Assembly: GCA_965603285.1 (NCBI GenBank)
Contig: CBFDCK010000004.1
Coordinates: 8,507 to 72,506 of the forward strand
Direction: 5' to 3'
DNA length: 64,000 nucleotides
DNA from: an uncultured bacterium
GTDB taxonomy: Bacteria; Chloroflexota; Anaerolineae; Anaerolineales; UBA4823
A program made the translations under genes and the position numbers. The notes under the pieces were generated by a model. The model was not told the origin of the DNA. It did no database searches and worked only from the letters and a program-made list of their open reading frames with translations. Each line of letters opens with the position of its first letter. Position 1 is the stretch's first letter. Positions 19,128 to 28,178 of this stretch are shown here, piece after piece.

Positions 19128-19865
19128 CTAACCTTCACAGGAAGGAACCTCTCCTGTGTTGTGCCCAGCATTTAGCGGCAAGCCAAAATATGGGGTTGGG
19201 TCCAGGGTGTTCTCGATCTCCAACTCGTTTTTAAATCTTCCCTGACCATCATCTTTTACGATGGAAAAGTGGAGGTGAACCCCAACGGGATTACCTGGCG
19301 TACCCGAATAATTACCCTGATAGCCCAAAAGGGTTCCGGCTTCAACATACACCTCTTGGATGCCTGGAGGAAAATCAGATACGATAAAGGATTCTCCCTC
19401 CGGACTCGCCATGTGAGTGTAGTACGTCCAGATCTGGTGACTAGGATTTATCGGATCATCAGGAATGCGAATGATGAGTGACGATTTCCAATCCGACATT
19501 CTGGTGAGATACCCAGGGTAAGCCGCCACGACCGGAGTGACATCACCTGGATTGCCGCTAAAAATATCGATTCCCTGGTGATGATGACCAATACGGAATG
19601 AATCGTCCCACAAATAACCGATAAAACCTTCCGTAGGCATAATAAAGGGAGCATCTCCACAGCGCTCTCCCGCCTGAACCATCCATTCGGGATGTGAAAA
19701 TGGGTCACGCAGCCAAGTGAAAACATGCACCGTCCGAAGAGTATTCGACCGAAATCCGCGGTAGATCAGGTAGCCTCCAAAAAAAATTGTGATGATCAAT
19801 ATCGTTATTAACAAACCTAGCGTAGAACGGCGGGAGCGGAAATGATGATTTCTGTTTAGATTCAC
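19128..19865 (-). CDS. M23 family metallopeptidase, membrane-anchored
   Basis: N-terminal TM segment. HHHQGIDIF and GVHLHFSI zinc-binding motifs. Confidence 0.8.
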   Translation of the reverse strand: MNLNRNHHFRSRRSTLGLLITILIITIFFGGYLIYRGFRSNTLRTVHVFTWLRDPFSHPEWMVQAGERCGDAPFIMPTEGFIGYLWDDSFRIGHHHQGIDIFSGNPGDVTPVVAAYPGYLTRMSDWKSSLIIRIPDDPINPSHQIWTYYTHMASPEGESFIVSDFPPGIQEVYVEAGTLLGYQGNYSGTPGNPVGVHLHFSIVKDDGQGRFKNELEIENTLDPTPYFGLPLNAGHNTGEVPSCEG

Positions 19866-19872
19866 TGTTAAT

Positions 19873-20202
19873 CTACCAATATTTACGGATGTTTTTTAGA
19901 TCATCTTCTTTATGATCTGCGAAAAAGAGTGAGAAGCGCCCGGCGGTCATCTGCTGCAGCAATCTGCCTGCTTCGCGGCCTTGAGGTGAAGCCATGGCCC
20001 TCTCGAGGTCCTGCTGAGAATCAAAATATAATTCATGCATTTGAGCATACGAGATATCACCGAACAAGAACCGCTCTACTCGACCGGTGGCCTCACGGCG
20101 CAGTCCGGGCATTCTTTCCGCATGGTGGAGAAACTCGGGCCAGTTTTCCTCGAAAGTCTCCCAATCGTCCAACGGTTCGATCAGGATTACAAGCTTGTAC
20201 AT
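19873..20202 (-). CDS. EthD-family protein (TIGR02118-like)
   Basis: 109 aa. MYKLVILIE...MPGLRR...ELYFDSQQDLERAMASPQG pattern. Confidence 0.6.
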   Translation of the reverse strand: MYKLVILIEPLDDWETFEENWPEFLHHAERMPGLRREATGRVERFLFGDISYAQMHELYFDSQQDLERAMASPQGREAGRLLQQMTAGRFSLFFADHKEDDLKNIRKYW

Positions 20203-20296
20203 GTGTTTACGCTCCCAATCTCATTATACACTTAGGTGAAATTATGTTTGCGTTATACGGTTTAATGGTATTATTGTCTACAAGGAACAGAATTAA

Positions 20297-20677
20297 ATGG
20301 AAGAAAAAATCACGATTATCGAAGGACCTCCACCCACATTCGAAGCTGTAAGTGAGGATTGGGTCATGGGTCTTAACGAGAGCCCAACTTTGGCAGATGT
20401 CGCCCTCACTCGCCTTCGTACATTTAACGGACCATCCCTCGTCGAACGGTGTTACCGAGCCTGGACAAACCAAGAGACGATTCGCCTCGAGTTTCGGGGG
20501 CAGGACGGGCTTAAATACGACGCACCCATCCTGGCATCTCGGGCGCTGGATGTCGAGGACGGGCAATTACTGTTGCTTTGGGTGCGTTTGGACAAAGAAG
20601 GCGTTGAACTGGAAGTCGGTTACGATGACGATTTAGGAGACGATACCGACAATGACTTCGGTTCTACCGAACTATAA
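20297..20677 (+). CDS. Hypothetical 126-aa protein with an acidic C-terminal tail
   Basis: ORF followed by a strong terminator. No family recognised. Confidence 0.5.
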   Translation: MEEKITIIEGPPPTFEAVSEDWVMGLNESPTLADVALTRLRTFNGPSLVERCYRAWTNQETIRLEFRGQDGLKYDAPILASRALDVEDGQLLLLWVRLDKEGVELEVGYDDDLGDDTDNDFGSTEL

Positions 20678-20704
20678 CTGAGTAAAGCCTCTACTCAACA
20701 TTTT

Positions 20705-20732
20705 AAACCCGGGCGTGCCCGGGTTTTTTTTT
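20705..20732 (+). terminator. Intrinsic terminator
   Basis: AAACCCGGG-cgtg-CCCGGGTTT, with the T run continuing to nine T. Confidence 0.85.
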
Positions 20733-20911
20733 ATACAGCCAGTATGAGCTACATTCATGAGGGACTCCTGGATTATTGATAATCAACACAACATTCTGGT
20801 TCAATTATATAGAATTGCGACATAATAGATAGGCATTGTCGGGCTGCGCACAAGTACCCTAATGGATCGAAAAAGAGACGCTTAGAGTTGCAACCATGGA
20901 ATTGGATTCTG

Positions 20912-21724
20912 TCAGCGCGTGTTCAGGATAATTGCCGTTGCTGCCAATAGACCGAACAACAAACAGACGCTCAAACCAGCCCGCCATACTTCGCCGTGGT
21001 GTCGTTCGTCAACTAAGGTGTGGTAAGGATAAACACCTTCAACCCGTAATACAGGACCTGCGTACCAGGCAAAGAGGGTTCCTCCGACTAATCCGCCCAC
21101 GTGTCCCCAGTTATCAATACCCGGCGAAAGCCCAATGACCAGGTTTATTCCTGCAATAACTAAAATATTGATCAAAGCCCTCTGACCAACGGCCCCATAG
21201 ATTTTTCTATTCTGGTATAAAAATACACCTTCAGCTCCTAATAAACCAAAAATTGCTGTTGACGATCCAAGTGACGGCGAGTTTGTGAATAGAAACGAAA
21301 AAACATTGCCGGCAAACCCCGACAGAAGAAAAAGGGCAAGAAAACGAGCGTGTCCGTAATTACGCTCAAGACCAGGTCCAAAGATGTACAGCGCATACAT
21401 GTTAAAACCAAGGTGTAAAATCGACCCGTGCAAGAACATGGGCGTTATCAGACGCCAGAGTTGGCCTCCCAATATTAATTCATTGACTTTCATCCCTGCC
21501 ATAGCAGGCAAGTCCGCACCATTCAATAGAGCCAGGCTCGCCTGTTGTAATAAGAACACCAAAACGGTGATTCCCATCAAGGTGTAAACAACAATAGGCA
21601 CATCACTTGTCAGCTTAATTCGCATCCGGCGACCAGAAGGTAATTTATTTGAGACAAAATTCTTGTTCGGTTCTTGATAAGAATTCGAGGCTTTATTGCC
21701 CGGAGGAGATGATTCTATTTTCAC
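20912..21724 (-). CDS. Rhomboid-family intramembrane serine protease
   Basis: HLGFNM, the GSSTAIFG serine motif and the WGHVGGL histidine motif in a polytopic protein. Confidence 0.85.
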   Translation of the reverse strand: MKIESSPPGNKASNSYQEPNKNFVSNKLPSGRRMRIKLTSDVPIVVYTLMGITVLVFLLQQASLALLNGADLPAMAGMKVNELILGGQLWRLITPMFLHGSILHLGFNMYALYIFGPGLERNYGHARFLALFLLSGFAGNVFSFLFTNSPSLGSSTAIFGLLGAEGVFLYQNRKIYGAVGQRALINILVIAGINLVIGLSPGIDNWGHVGGLVGGTLFAWYAGPVLRVEGVYPYHTLVDERHHGEVWRAGLSVCLLFGLLAATAIILNTR

Positions 21725-22359
21725 AAGCTCACCTTTCTCGGGTGCACTCGGGAGTGCTCTGAATGTACAATTGCCAGTATCATGTCTACGGTTTCATCTA
21801 GTTGGAATTCCCGGTTTACAACCGTATAGTCAAACTCTTCAACGCGCTCCAATTCCTTACGAGCAGTCGCGATCCTTAGATTCAGTCCCTCAGGAGTCTC
21901 GCTCTTGCGAGCTTTTAAGCGGTTTATCATTTCCAATTCATCCTGAGTTGTCAGAAAAAGCAACAGCGCGTCCGGGCACAAATCGCGAATTGTGGCTGCC
22001 CCTTGTACATCAACCCGCATGACTACATCCTCACCGCTGGCAAGCGCCCGGCGTACTTGCTCCTTTGGGATTCCTTTGTAATCGCTATAAACGATGGCGT
22101 ATTCCAGCAATTCGTCATTTTCAATCATTTCAGCGAACTCATCGTGCGAAACAAAAAAATAATCCTTGCCATGTTGTTCGCTTTCACGAGGCGGACGCGT
22201 CGTTGCGGTGACCACGAAACGTAAAGGCAGATTGCGCTCTTTCATACGTAGAATCACCGAGTCCTTCCCCACTCCAGATGGTCCAGAAATAACGATTAGC
22301 AAGGGTTCTCCTCGTCCTTCAATTGCATATGGATCTGTCACAATCACCTCTTTTAACAA
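21721..22359 (-). CDS. gmk: Guanylate kinase
   Basis: P-loop ISGPSGVGKDS, TTRPPR motif, 212 aa. 4-nt overlap with the rhomboid gene. Confidence 0.9.
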   Translation of the reverse strand: MLKEVIVTDPYAIEGRGEPLLIVISGPSGVGKDSVILRMKERNLPLRFVVTATTRPPRESEQHGKDYFFVSHDEFAEMIENDELLEYAIVYSDYKGIPKEQVRRALASGEDVVMRVDVQGAATIRDLCPDALLLFLTTQDELEMINRLKARKSETPEGLNLRIATARKELERVEEFDYTVVNREFQLDETVDMILAIVHSEHSRVHPRKVSL

Positions 22360-22601
22360 TTATAGGTATTTTCTGTTATATTAACCAAAACGGCTCAATG
22401 TTCAAGGTCCGCAACAATTAATAAACAAACCCCATTTTACAGGTACTCGTCCTTTGATTATAATTTAGGTTTGAAGGATATCACATGAACTATCCGTTAA
22501 AGAAAAACTCTGTTCGTCTGATTCTCAATCATCTCAAGATACAAATACGACTAGATTGAATTTAAATCTTACAGCATCTTAATTCGCACTGGAGATAACA
22601 A

Positions 22602-23006
22602 ATGCCCAATTACCAATATGTATGTATAGAATGCCGAAAGCGGTTCGAAGTCTATTTAACGTATGATGAATATGGGGCGCATCCCATAGATTGCCCCAAT
22701 TGCAGCAGCAAAAACGTGCAAAGGCTTATCGTACGAGTGAGATTCGCCCGCTCGGAAGAAAGCCGCCTAGAAGACTTGGCTGATCCCAGTGCTCTATCAG
22801 GACTAGAAGATGATCCGCGCGCCATGGGACAAATGATGCGCAAAATGAGCCGCGAAATGGGAGAGGATATGGGGCCAGAATTTGATGAAGTAATCGATCG
22901 ACTGGAATCCGGACAGTCACCGGAAGAGATTGAGGAAGCCGTTCCAGACTTGGGAGGTGAGGCTGGTGGTATGGGGGGAGATGCCATGAATGGTCTTGGT
23001 TTTTAA
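22602..23006 (+). CDS. FmdB-family zinc-ribbon protein with a long acidic/Gly-rich tail
   Basis: N-terminal YxCxxC...CPxC zinc ribbon (YVCIECRKRFEV...CPNCSS). Confidence 0.7.
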   Translation: MPNYQYVCIECRKRFEVYLTYDEYGAHPIDCPNCSSKNVQRLIVRVRFARSEESRLEDLADPSALSGLEDDPRAMGQMMRKMSREMGEDMGPEFDEVIDRLESGQSPEEIEEAVPDLGGEAGGMGGDAMNGLGF

Positions 23007-23623
23007 CCGCGATTTACCAACCGCTCCAGGACAAACTTCCGGATATCCGCCTGTACCCTTTCAGGCGGCTGTCCGGCGTCGATAACCACCCAACGCTGAG
23101 GTTCCTGGCGAACTAATTCGTGATAACCTTGACGCACACGCTGATGAAAATCAAGGTCATAAGCATCCAAGCGGTTCCATTCCCCGCCTCTTGCACGCCG
23201 CCGCAGCCCCTCTTCGACATCCACGTCAAGAAGCAGACTCAAGTCTGGTGTTAATCCTCTCGTTGCAAAATCAATCAAAGCCGCCAACTTTTTAAGATTT
23301 AACTGGTGACCGTAACCCTGATAGGCTAAAGTCGAATCAGCATAACGGTCACACAAAATGATTCCCCCACTTTTTAGATGTGGAACGATGACCTGTTCTA
23401 CCAACTGGGCTCGTGAGGCTTGATAGAGTAATATCTCCGTGTGCGGGTGCATTTCCGTATTGTTCAGGTCATGCAGGACATCACGAATTTGATCGCCAAT
23501 CGACGTACCCCCTGGTTCACGCGTCGTCAGAACCGGGTAACCTTTATCTTTGAGATAATCGGCGAAGATGGCAAGTTGGTAGGTTTTACCGCTTCCGTCG
23601 GGTCCTTCAAATGTTATGAACAT
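23003..23623 (-). CDS. tmk: Thymidylate kinase
   Basis: FITFEGPDGSGKT P-loop, DRY motif, 206 aa. Confidence 0.9.
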   Translation of the reverse strand: MFITFEGPDGSGKTYQLAIFADYLKDKGYPVLTTREPGGTSIGDQIRDVLHDLNNTEMHPHTEILLYQASRAQLVEQVIVPHLKSGGIILCDRYADSTLAYQGYGHQLNLKKLAALIDFATRGLTPDLSLLLDVDVEEGLRRRARGGEWNRLDAYDLDFHQRVRQGYHELVRQEPQRWVVIDAGQPPERVQADIRKFVLERLVNRG

Positions 23624-23714
23624 TAACAGTTTTATTGATTTTCAATCGTTTTCGTATGGTAAGCACGAATGGAGTGTCCATATTACAAATAACCTTATAA
23701 AGGTTCCGCAAGGA

Positions 23715-25334
23715 CTACCTGAAGATGCGCACGCGTCTGTTTGGGTCTTTTCCATAAGAGTGCGATACAAGATTAGCATCCCGTGCCATCTGGTGCTGTA
23801 AGCGCCGGATGGTGGATTTAGCCGGCTGCAACTCCACCCAACGTTCCCCATTTATCACAGCATTTATTGCAGCGCGGGTTTCGTGAAGAACCACGTCTCG
23901 ACCGGAATCATCACTAAAATCGGAGATTAAGTTGAATAAATCGCTAAGAAACTTCTGCATTTGGTTAATTGTATTGGCACGCAGCACATAAATCGGCATG
24001 TTGCGTTTCTCAGCATCCATAACTGGGCGCTGCCGCTTGCGGTAATGAGAACGTAATGTCACCAATACGTCGGCCTCTCCAAATTCGTTTACAACTACGG
24101 CTGGAACTCTAAGGTGTTTAATCGCTTGCATCAAGCGGTTTCGCGCGACACCATATGGATATATTCGTATCGTGCGCAACATTGACTTATCCCCGCCATC
24201 TATACTCTTGTCTCTTTTGCTACCATGTTCCTGTACCGGATCTCGCTTCCTCCCCTGCGGTAAACCGCTTGTCTGGAAATCTTCATCCTGCTGCCTGCGA
24301 AAACTTTGCTGCGAACGTCCTAACCTGTTGACCGATGAAGTTGCTTTCTCTATGCGAATCTCACCGTCTATTCGTGAGCGGACTTCTGGTGGTAAGGGAT
24401 AACCACGCAGCAGCGCATCAACGGCAGCAGCGACATCCGAATGCACCGCCAACCGGTCACGGCTCTGAATTTCGATCAACACATCAAATGTAGGGGGCGA
24501 GCGACGCTCCAGGACCGTTTTCTGCGTCCCACGACGACGGGCTTCTTCATCTGATAAAGTAACCGATTCGATCCCACCCACAAGATCAGATAATGTTGGG
24601 TTCAGCAGTAAATTGTCCACAGTGTTACCGTGGGCAGTGCCAATCAATTGAACACCACGCTCGGCAATTGTTCGTGCTGCTGTGGCTTCCAATTCTCGCC
24701 CAATTTCATCAATGACGATCACCTCTGGGTTGTGATTCTCGACAGCTTCGATCATCACTTCATGCTGCTGGGAAGGCGTCGACACTTGCATACGACGAGC
24801 CCGTCCAACCGCCGGATGTGGAACATCACCGTCACCGCCGATCTCATTCGACGTATCTACAATCACAACCCTCTTTTTCTCCGCCAATATTCGCGCCGCT
24901 TCACGCAGCATGGTCGTTTTTCCTACTCCGGGACGCCCCAGGAGCAGCAAGCTTTTGCCTCCCTCGATCAAATCGTTTATGATGTCGGTGGTACCATAAA
25001 CCGCCCGCCCCACCCTGCTGGTCAAACCAACGATATGACCGCGCCGGTTCCTGATTGCAGAAACGCGGTGCAGGGTACGCTCTATACCAGCACGGTTGTC
25101 GGAATCAAAGTCACCAATCCTTTCTACGACATAATTAATATCGGCGTGTGCGACCTCAGATTTGCTTAGCTCTACTTCCTTGTCGACGAAGCGTGCGGTA
25201 GGCAATCGTCCCAGGTCCATGACAATCTCCAATAGATTGTCACTGTTATTGGCTTCTTCCACCGCCTGATTGATATCGGGAGATAGTACTGCAAGTAAAG
25301 CCTGTAAATCATCCGTTATGTTAATTTGGTCCAT
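23715..25334 (-). CDS. AAA ATPase with a C-terminal R3H domain (SpoIIIAA/Ycf45-like)
   Basis: Walker A LLLGRPGVGKTT, Walker B VIVIDEIG. C-terminal R3H-like RRLQHQMARDANLVSHSYGKDPNRRVRIF. Confidence 0.75.
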   Translation of the reverse strand: MDQINITDDLQALLAVLSPDINQAVEEANNSDNLLEIVMDLGRLPTARFVDKEVELSKSEVAHADINYVVERIGDFDSDNRAGIERTLHRVSAIRNRRGHIVGLTSRVGRAVYGTTDIINDLIEGGKSLLLLGRPGVGKTTMLREAARILAEKKRVVIVDTSNEIGGDGDVPHPAVGRARRMQVSTPSQQHEVMIEAVENHNPEVIVIDEIGRELEATAARTIAERGVQLIGTAHGNTVDNLLLNPTLSDLVGGIESVTLSDEEARRRGTQKTVLERRSPPTFDVLIEIQSRDRLAVHSDVAAAVDALLRGYPLPPEVRSRIDGEIRIEKATSSVNRLGRSQQSFRRQQDEDFQTSGLPQGRKRDPVQEHGSKRDKSIDGGDKSMLRTIRIYPYGVARNRLMQAIKHLRVPAVVVNEFGEADVLVTLRSHYRKRQRPVMDAEKRNMPIYVLRANTINQMQKFLSDLFNLISDFSDDSGRDVVLHETRAAINAVINGERWVELQPAKSTIRRLQHQMARDANLVSHSYGKDPNRRVRIFR

Positions 25335-25340
25335 AAGTCA

Positions 25341-26279
25341 TTAATTGCTCTTCACGCGTGTGATCGGGGACGTAACTTCGGCATGCCCTCTCTCCAGGGC
25401 TGGTGTTGCATTTCTAATTTCAGCCTTTTGAACGACTGCCATATGCCTGCCCATTAATGCTTGCCGCGGTCCAGCCTCAGCACCCAATTCTTCCAAGGCA
25501 GGCTCCAACCATGACTGGTACGAGCGCACACAAATATATACGGGTCGGTTAAACCGGTTGGGGATTTTATGTAGAAGGTTTAGAAAATGGGCTTGGATAC
25601 CATCAGCGCCTGGATGGACAAATGGCTTAGCCCAAATGCCGCGAAGACCATATTTCAACTCTACGTAGGCTAACAGGTCTGCTCCTTGAAAAAGAACCAA
25701 TCCCCGGGGGTTGTATGCGGCATATGGCTCCACCTGCTGCACCAATCCTGGAACCAGGTTGTTGTAAAGGGATCGTATTGCAATGGAATCCCTGCTTATT
25801 GCAGTACGCCAGGCAGATGGTTTAAATTTCCTTTCTGGACGATCGTGGAACCTCCAAATTCGCTGGCGGGAATAAACTGCAAAATGCTCCCCCCGAAGTG
25901 CATCAAGAGCGGCAGTCTGTTCGTCTACATCCGCGATTACGCGCTGTGCACCTCGCTCTCCAGAAAGGATGACCAGGTGTTCTAATAACCCGGAAACCAT
26001 CGGTGACCTGAGAGCCGCTTCAGGAGTTAGAAATGTTAGATGAGCAAACTGTGATCCTTGAGTATGAATAACTTGACCAATAAGTAGTGGGTCTTCTTGC
26101 GAGCCCCCATTGCTGACATAAGTAAACACACCCATCGTGGGTGCCAGGTAAGAAAGCAAAGCTCCTGGAACCAACAATGAACCCCGAGTCAGCACCAGAG
26201 CGCTATCCAGGAAAACACTTTGATGACGATGACGATGCAAGATTGGTAGGTCGCGCCATTCAAACGGTCGCACTTTCAT
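25341..26279 (-). CDS. Hypothetical protein, possibly a GNAT-like fold
   Basis: 312-aa ORF in an operon-like context. The N-terminal IRPFEWRDLP-type start and the ERGAQRVIADV...FAVY segment resemble GNAT motifs only loosely. Confidence 0.35.
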   Translation of the reverse strand: MKVRPFEWRDLPILHRHRHQSVFLDSALVLTRGSLLVPGALLSYLAPTMGVFTYVSNGGSQEDPLLIGQVIHTQGSQFAHLTFLTPEAALRSPMVSGLLEHLVILSGERGAQRVIADVDEQTAALDALRGEHFAVYSRQRIWRFHDRPERKFKPSAWRTAISRDSIAIRSLYNNLVPGLVQQVEPYAAYNPRGLVLFQGADLLAYVELKYGLRGIWAKPFVHPGADGIQAHFLNLLHKIPNRFNRPVYICVRSYQSWLEPALEELGAEAGPRQALMGRHMAVVQKAEIRNATPALERGHAEVTSPITRVKSN

Positions 26280-26288
26280 ATACGTAGG

Positions 26289-26870
26289 CTACCTGCTCAC
26301 CAGAGAGAGGAAATAACGGTGAAACCGATCATCGGTAGACAATTCCGGATGGAATGAAGTCGCCAGTAAACGCCCTTGTTCAGCAGCCACGATCCCTCCA
26401 TCTGGCAGCTGCGCTAGAGAGCGCGCCTCTTTCCCAAGCGACTCGATCAAAGGTGCACGAATGAAAACTGCATGATAAGGCTGCTCACCAAGTCCGGCTG
26501 CTTTCAGCGCAGGCACATCCAGATCAGCCTCAAAACTGGCGACCTGTCGTCCAAAAGCATTGCGCTTCACTGTGATATCCATCAGCCCTAACAAGGTCTG
26601 AGTGGAATGAACGTCGCTGGACAGCAGAATCGCTCCAGCGCAGGTGCCCCAAATAGCTTTTTCGCTTCCGAACAGGCGCAGGGGTTCCATCAAGTTATAA
26701 GCCGTCGCCAGCTTTCCGATTGTCGTTGACTCGCCGCCGGGGATGATTACGCCGTCCAATCCCTGCAACTGCTCTGGCAAACGTACTTCAACTGTTTCAA
26801 CACCGATCCCTTCTAACACAGAGATGTGTTCAGCGAAATCACCTTGAAGCGCAAGAACCCCTATCTTCAT
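26289..26870 (-). CDS. pdxT: Pyridoxal 5'-phosphate synthase glutaminase subunit PdxT
   Basis: MKIGVLALQGDFAEH start and catalytic WGTCAG. 193 aa, downstream of pdxS. Confidence 0.9.
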   Translation of the reverse strand: MKIGVLALQGDFAEHISVLEGIGVETVEVRLPEQLQGLDGVIIPGGESTTIGKLATAYNLMEPLRLFGSEKAIWGTCAGAILLSSDVHSTQTLLGLMDITVKRNAFGRQVASFEADLDVPALKAAGLGEQPYHAVFIRAPLIESLGKEARSLAQLPDGGIVAAEQGRLLATSFHPELSTDDRFHRYFLSLVSR

Positions 26871-26970
26871 AAAATCCAGAATTGGTTTTACCTCTCTAAA
26901 ACTCTCCTACAACACCCTCGGCGTACGAATTATTATTCTAATTAGGCTAATAATATTCGTGTTTCTTGAC

Positions 26971-27858
26971 CTACCAGCCGCGATTGGCAATCAGTTCAGA
27001 TTCTGGGATCGCTGAAATCTGTCGTCCGACCATCGCTTCACCCAAGTCTCTGCTTACCTCAGCCAAGATATATGGATCATTGAAGTGCGTGGTAGCTTTG
27101 ACGATCGCTTCCGCCCTCTTTGCTGGATTACCCGACAAGAAAATACCCGAACCGACGAAAACTCCATCAACACCTAACTGCATCATCAAGGCAGCATCCG
27201 CCGGAGTGGCGATACCACCAGCTGCGAAATTCACCACGGGAAGACAACCAAGCTCACGTGTTTCCAAAACAACTTGATAAGGCGCACCAATCTCTTTGGA
27301 ATAACCCATCACTTCCTCAATCGGCATATTCTGCAGGCGGCGAATCTCCCCCAAGACAGCACGGGCATGGCGCACAGCTTCCACAACATCACCAGTCCCC
27401 GCCTCCCCCTTAGTGCGGATCATAGATGCGCCCTCGCCAATTCTACGTAAAGCCTCCCCTAGGTTGCGGCAGCCACAAACAAACGGCACCTTAAAATCAT
27501 GCTTGTATATGTGATGTTCTTCATCAGCAGGAGTCAGTACCTCGGATTCGTCAAGATAATCCACACCAACCGCCTGCAAGATCTGTGCTTCGACAAAATG
27601 TCCAATGCGGCACTTAGCCATCACTGGGATCGAAACAGCATCCATGATCTGCGATATAATCTCTGGATCACTCATGCGGGCTACACCACCATGGGCACGG
27701 ATGTCTGCCGGCACGCGCTCCAAAGCCATCACTGCCACTGCCCCAGCATCTTCGGCGATGCGGGCATGTTCCGGAGTGACTACATCCATGATCACACCGC
27801 CTTTCAACATTTGCGCCAAGCCTTTCTTCACTGTGATGGAAGCAACTTCTTGCTCCAT
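26971..27858 (-). CDS. pdxS: Pyridoxal 5'-phosphate synthase lyase subunit PdxS
   Basis: [14 protein letters not shown] and RTKGEAGTG motifs, 295 aa. Confidence 0.95.
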   Translation of the reverse strand: MEQEVASITVKKGLAQMLKGGVIMDVVTPEHARIAEDAGAVAVMALERVPADIRAHGGVARMSDPEIISQIMDAVSIPVMAKCRIGHFVEAQILQAVGVDYLDESEVLTPADEEHHIYKHDFKVPFVCGCRNLGEALRRIGEGASMIRTKGEAGTGDVVEAVRHARAVLGEIRRLQNMPIEEVMGYSKEIGAPYQVVLETRELGCLPVVNFAAGGIATPADAALMMQLGVDGVFVGSGIFLSGNPAKRAEAIVKATTHFNDPYILAEVSRDLGEAMVGRQISAIPESELIANRGW

Positions 27859-28178
27859 AGCTTCACCTCCATTCCTCTAATTAATACACAAACTCTTGAC
27901 CATTAACATTGCTTGAACGAATTTTCGCCTGCGATTTGATTTCTTCTTTGCCCTGGCGAAACAATTTTATCGTTGCTTTTTACACTATGCATTCTACCAT
28001 GCGGGATAGTGCGTGGCAATCTTTGGACGGTATAGCAAGACAGGGCTGGAAATGGTTCTAACAAAAAATTAATGCCAGTTCACCAGGGGAGAATTGTGAA
28101 AAAATCCGGCTAATCCTTTCGAGCATTCACAATAATCCCTCTCTACTTTATACCTGAGCACAAGAGTATAATGATACG

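Noticed and set aside
26871-26970. An imperfect AT-rich inverted repeat between pdxS and pdxT, considered as a regulatory element.
   Set aside because: The arms do not pair cleanly when written out, and the region is simply AT-rich. The evidence is not strong enough to report as a feature.
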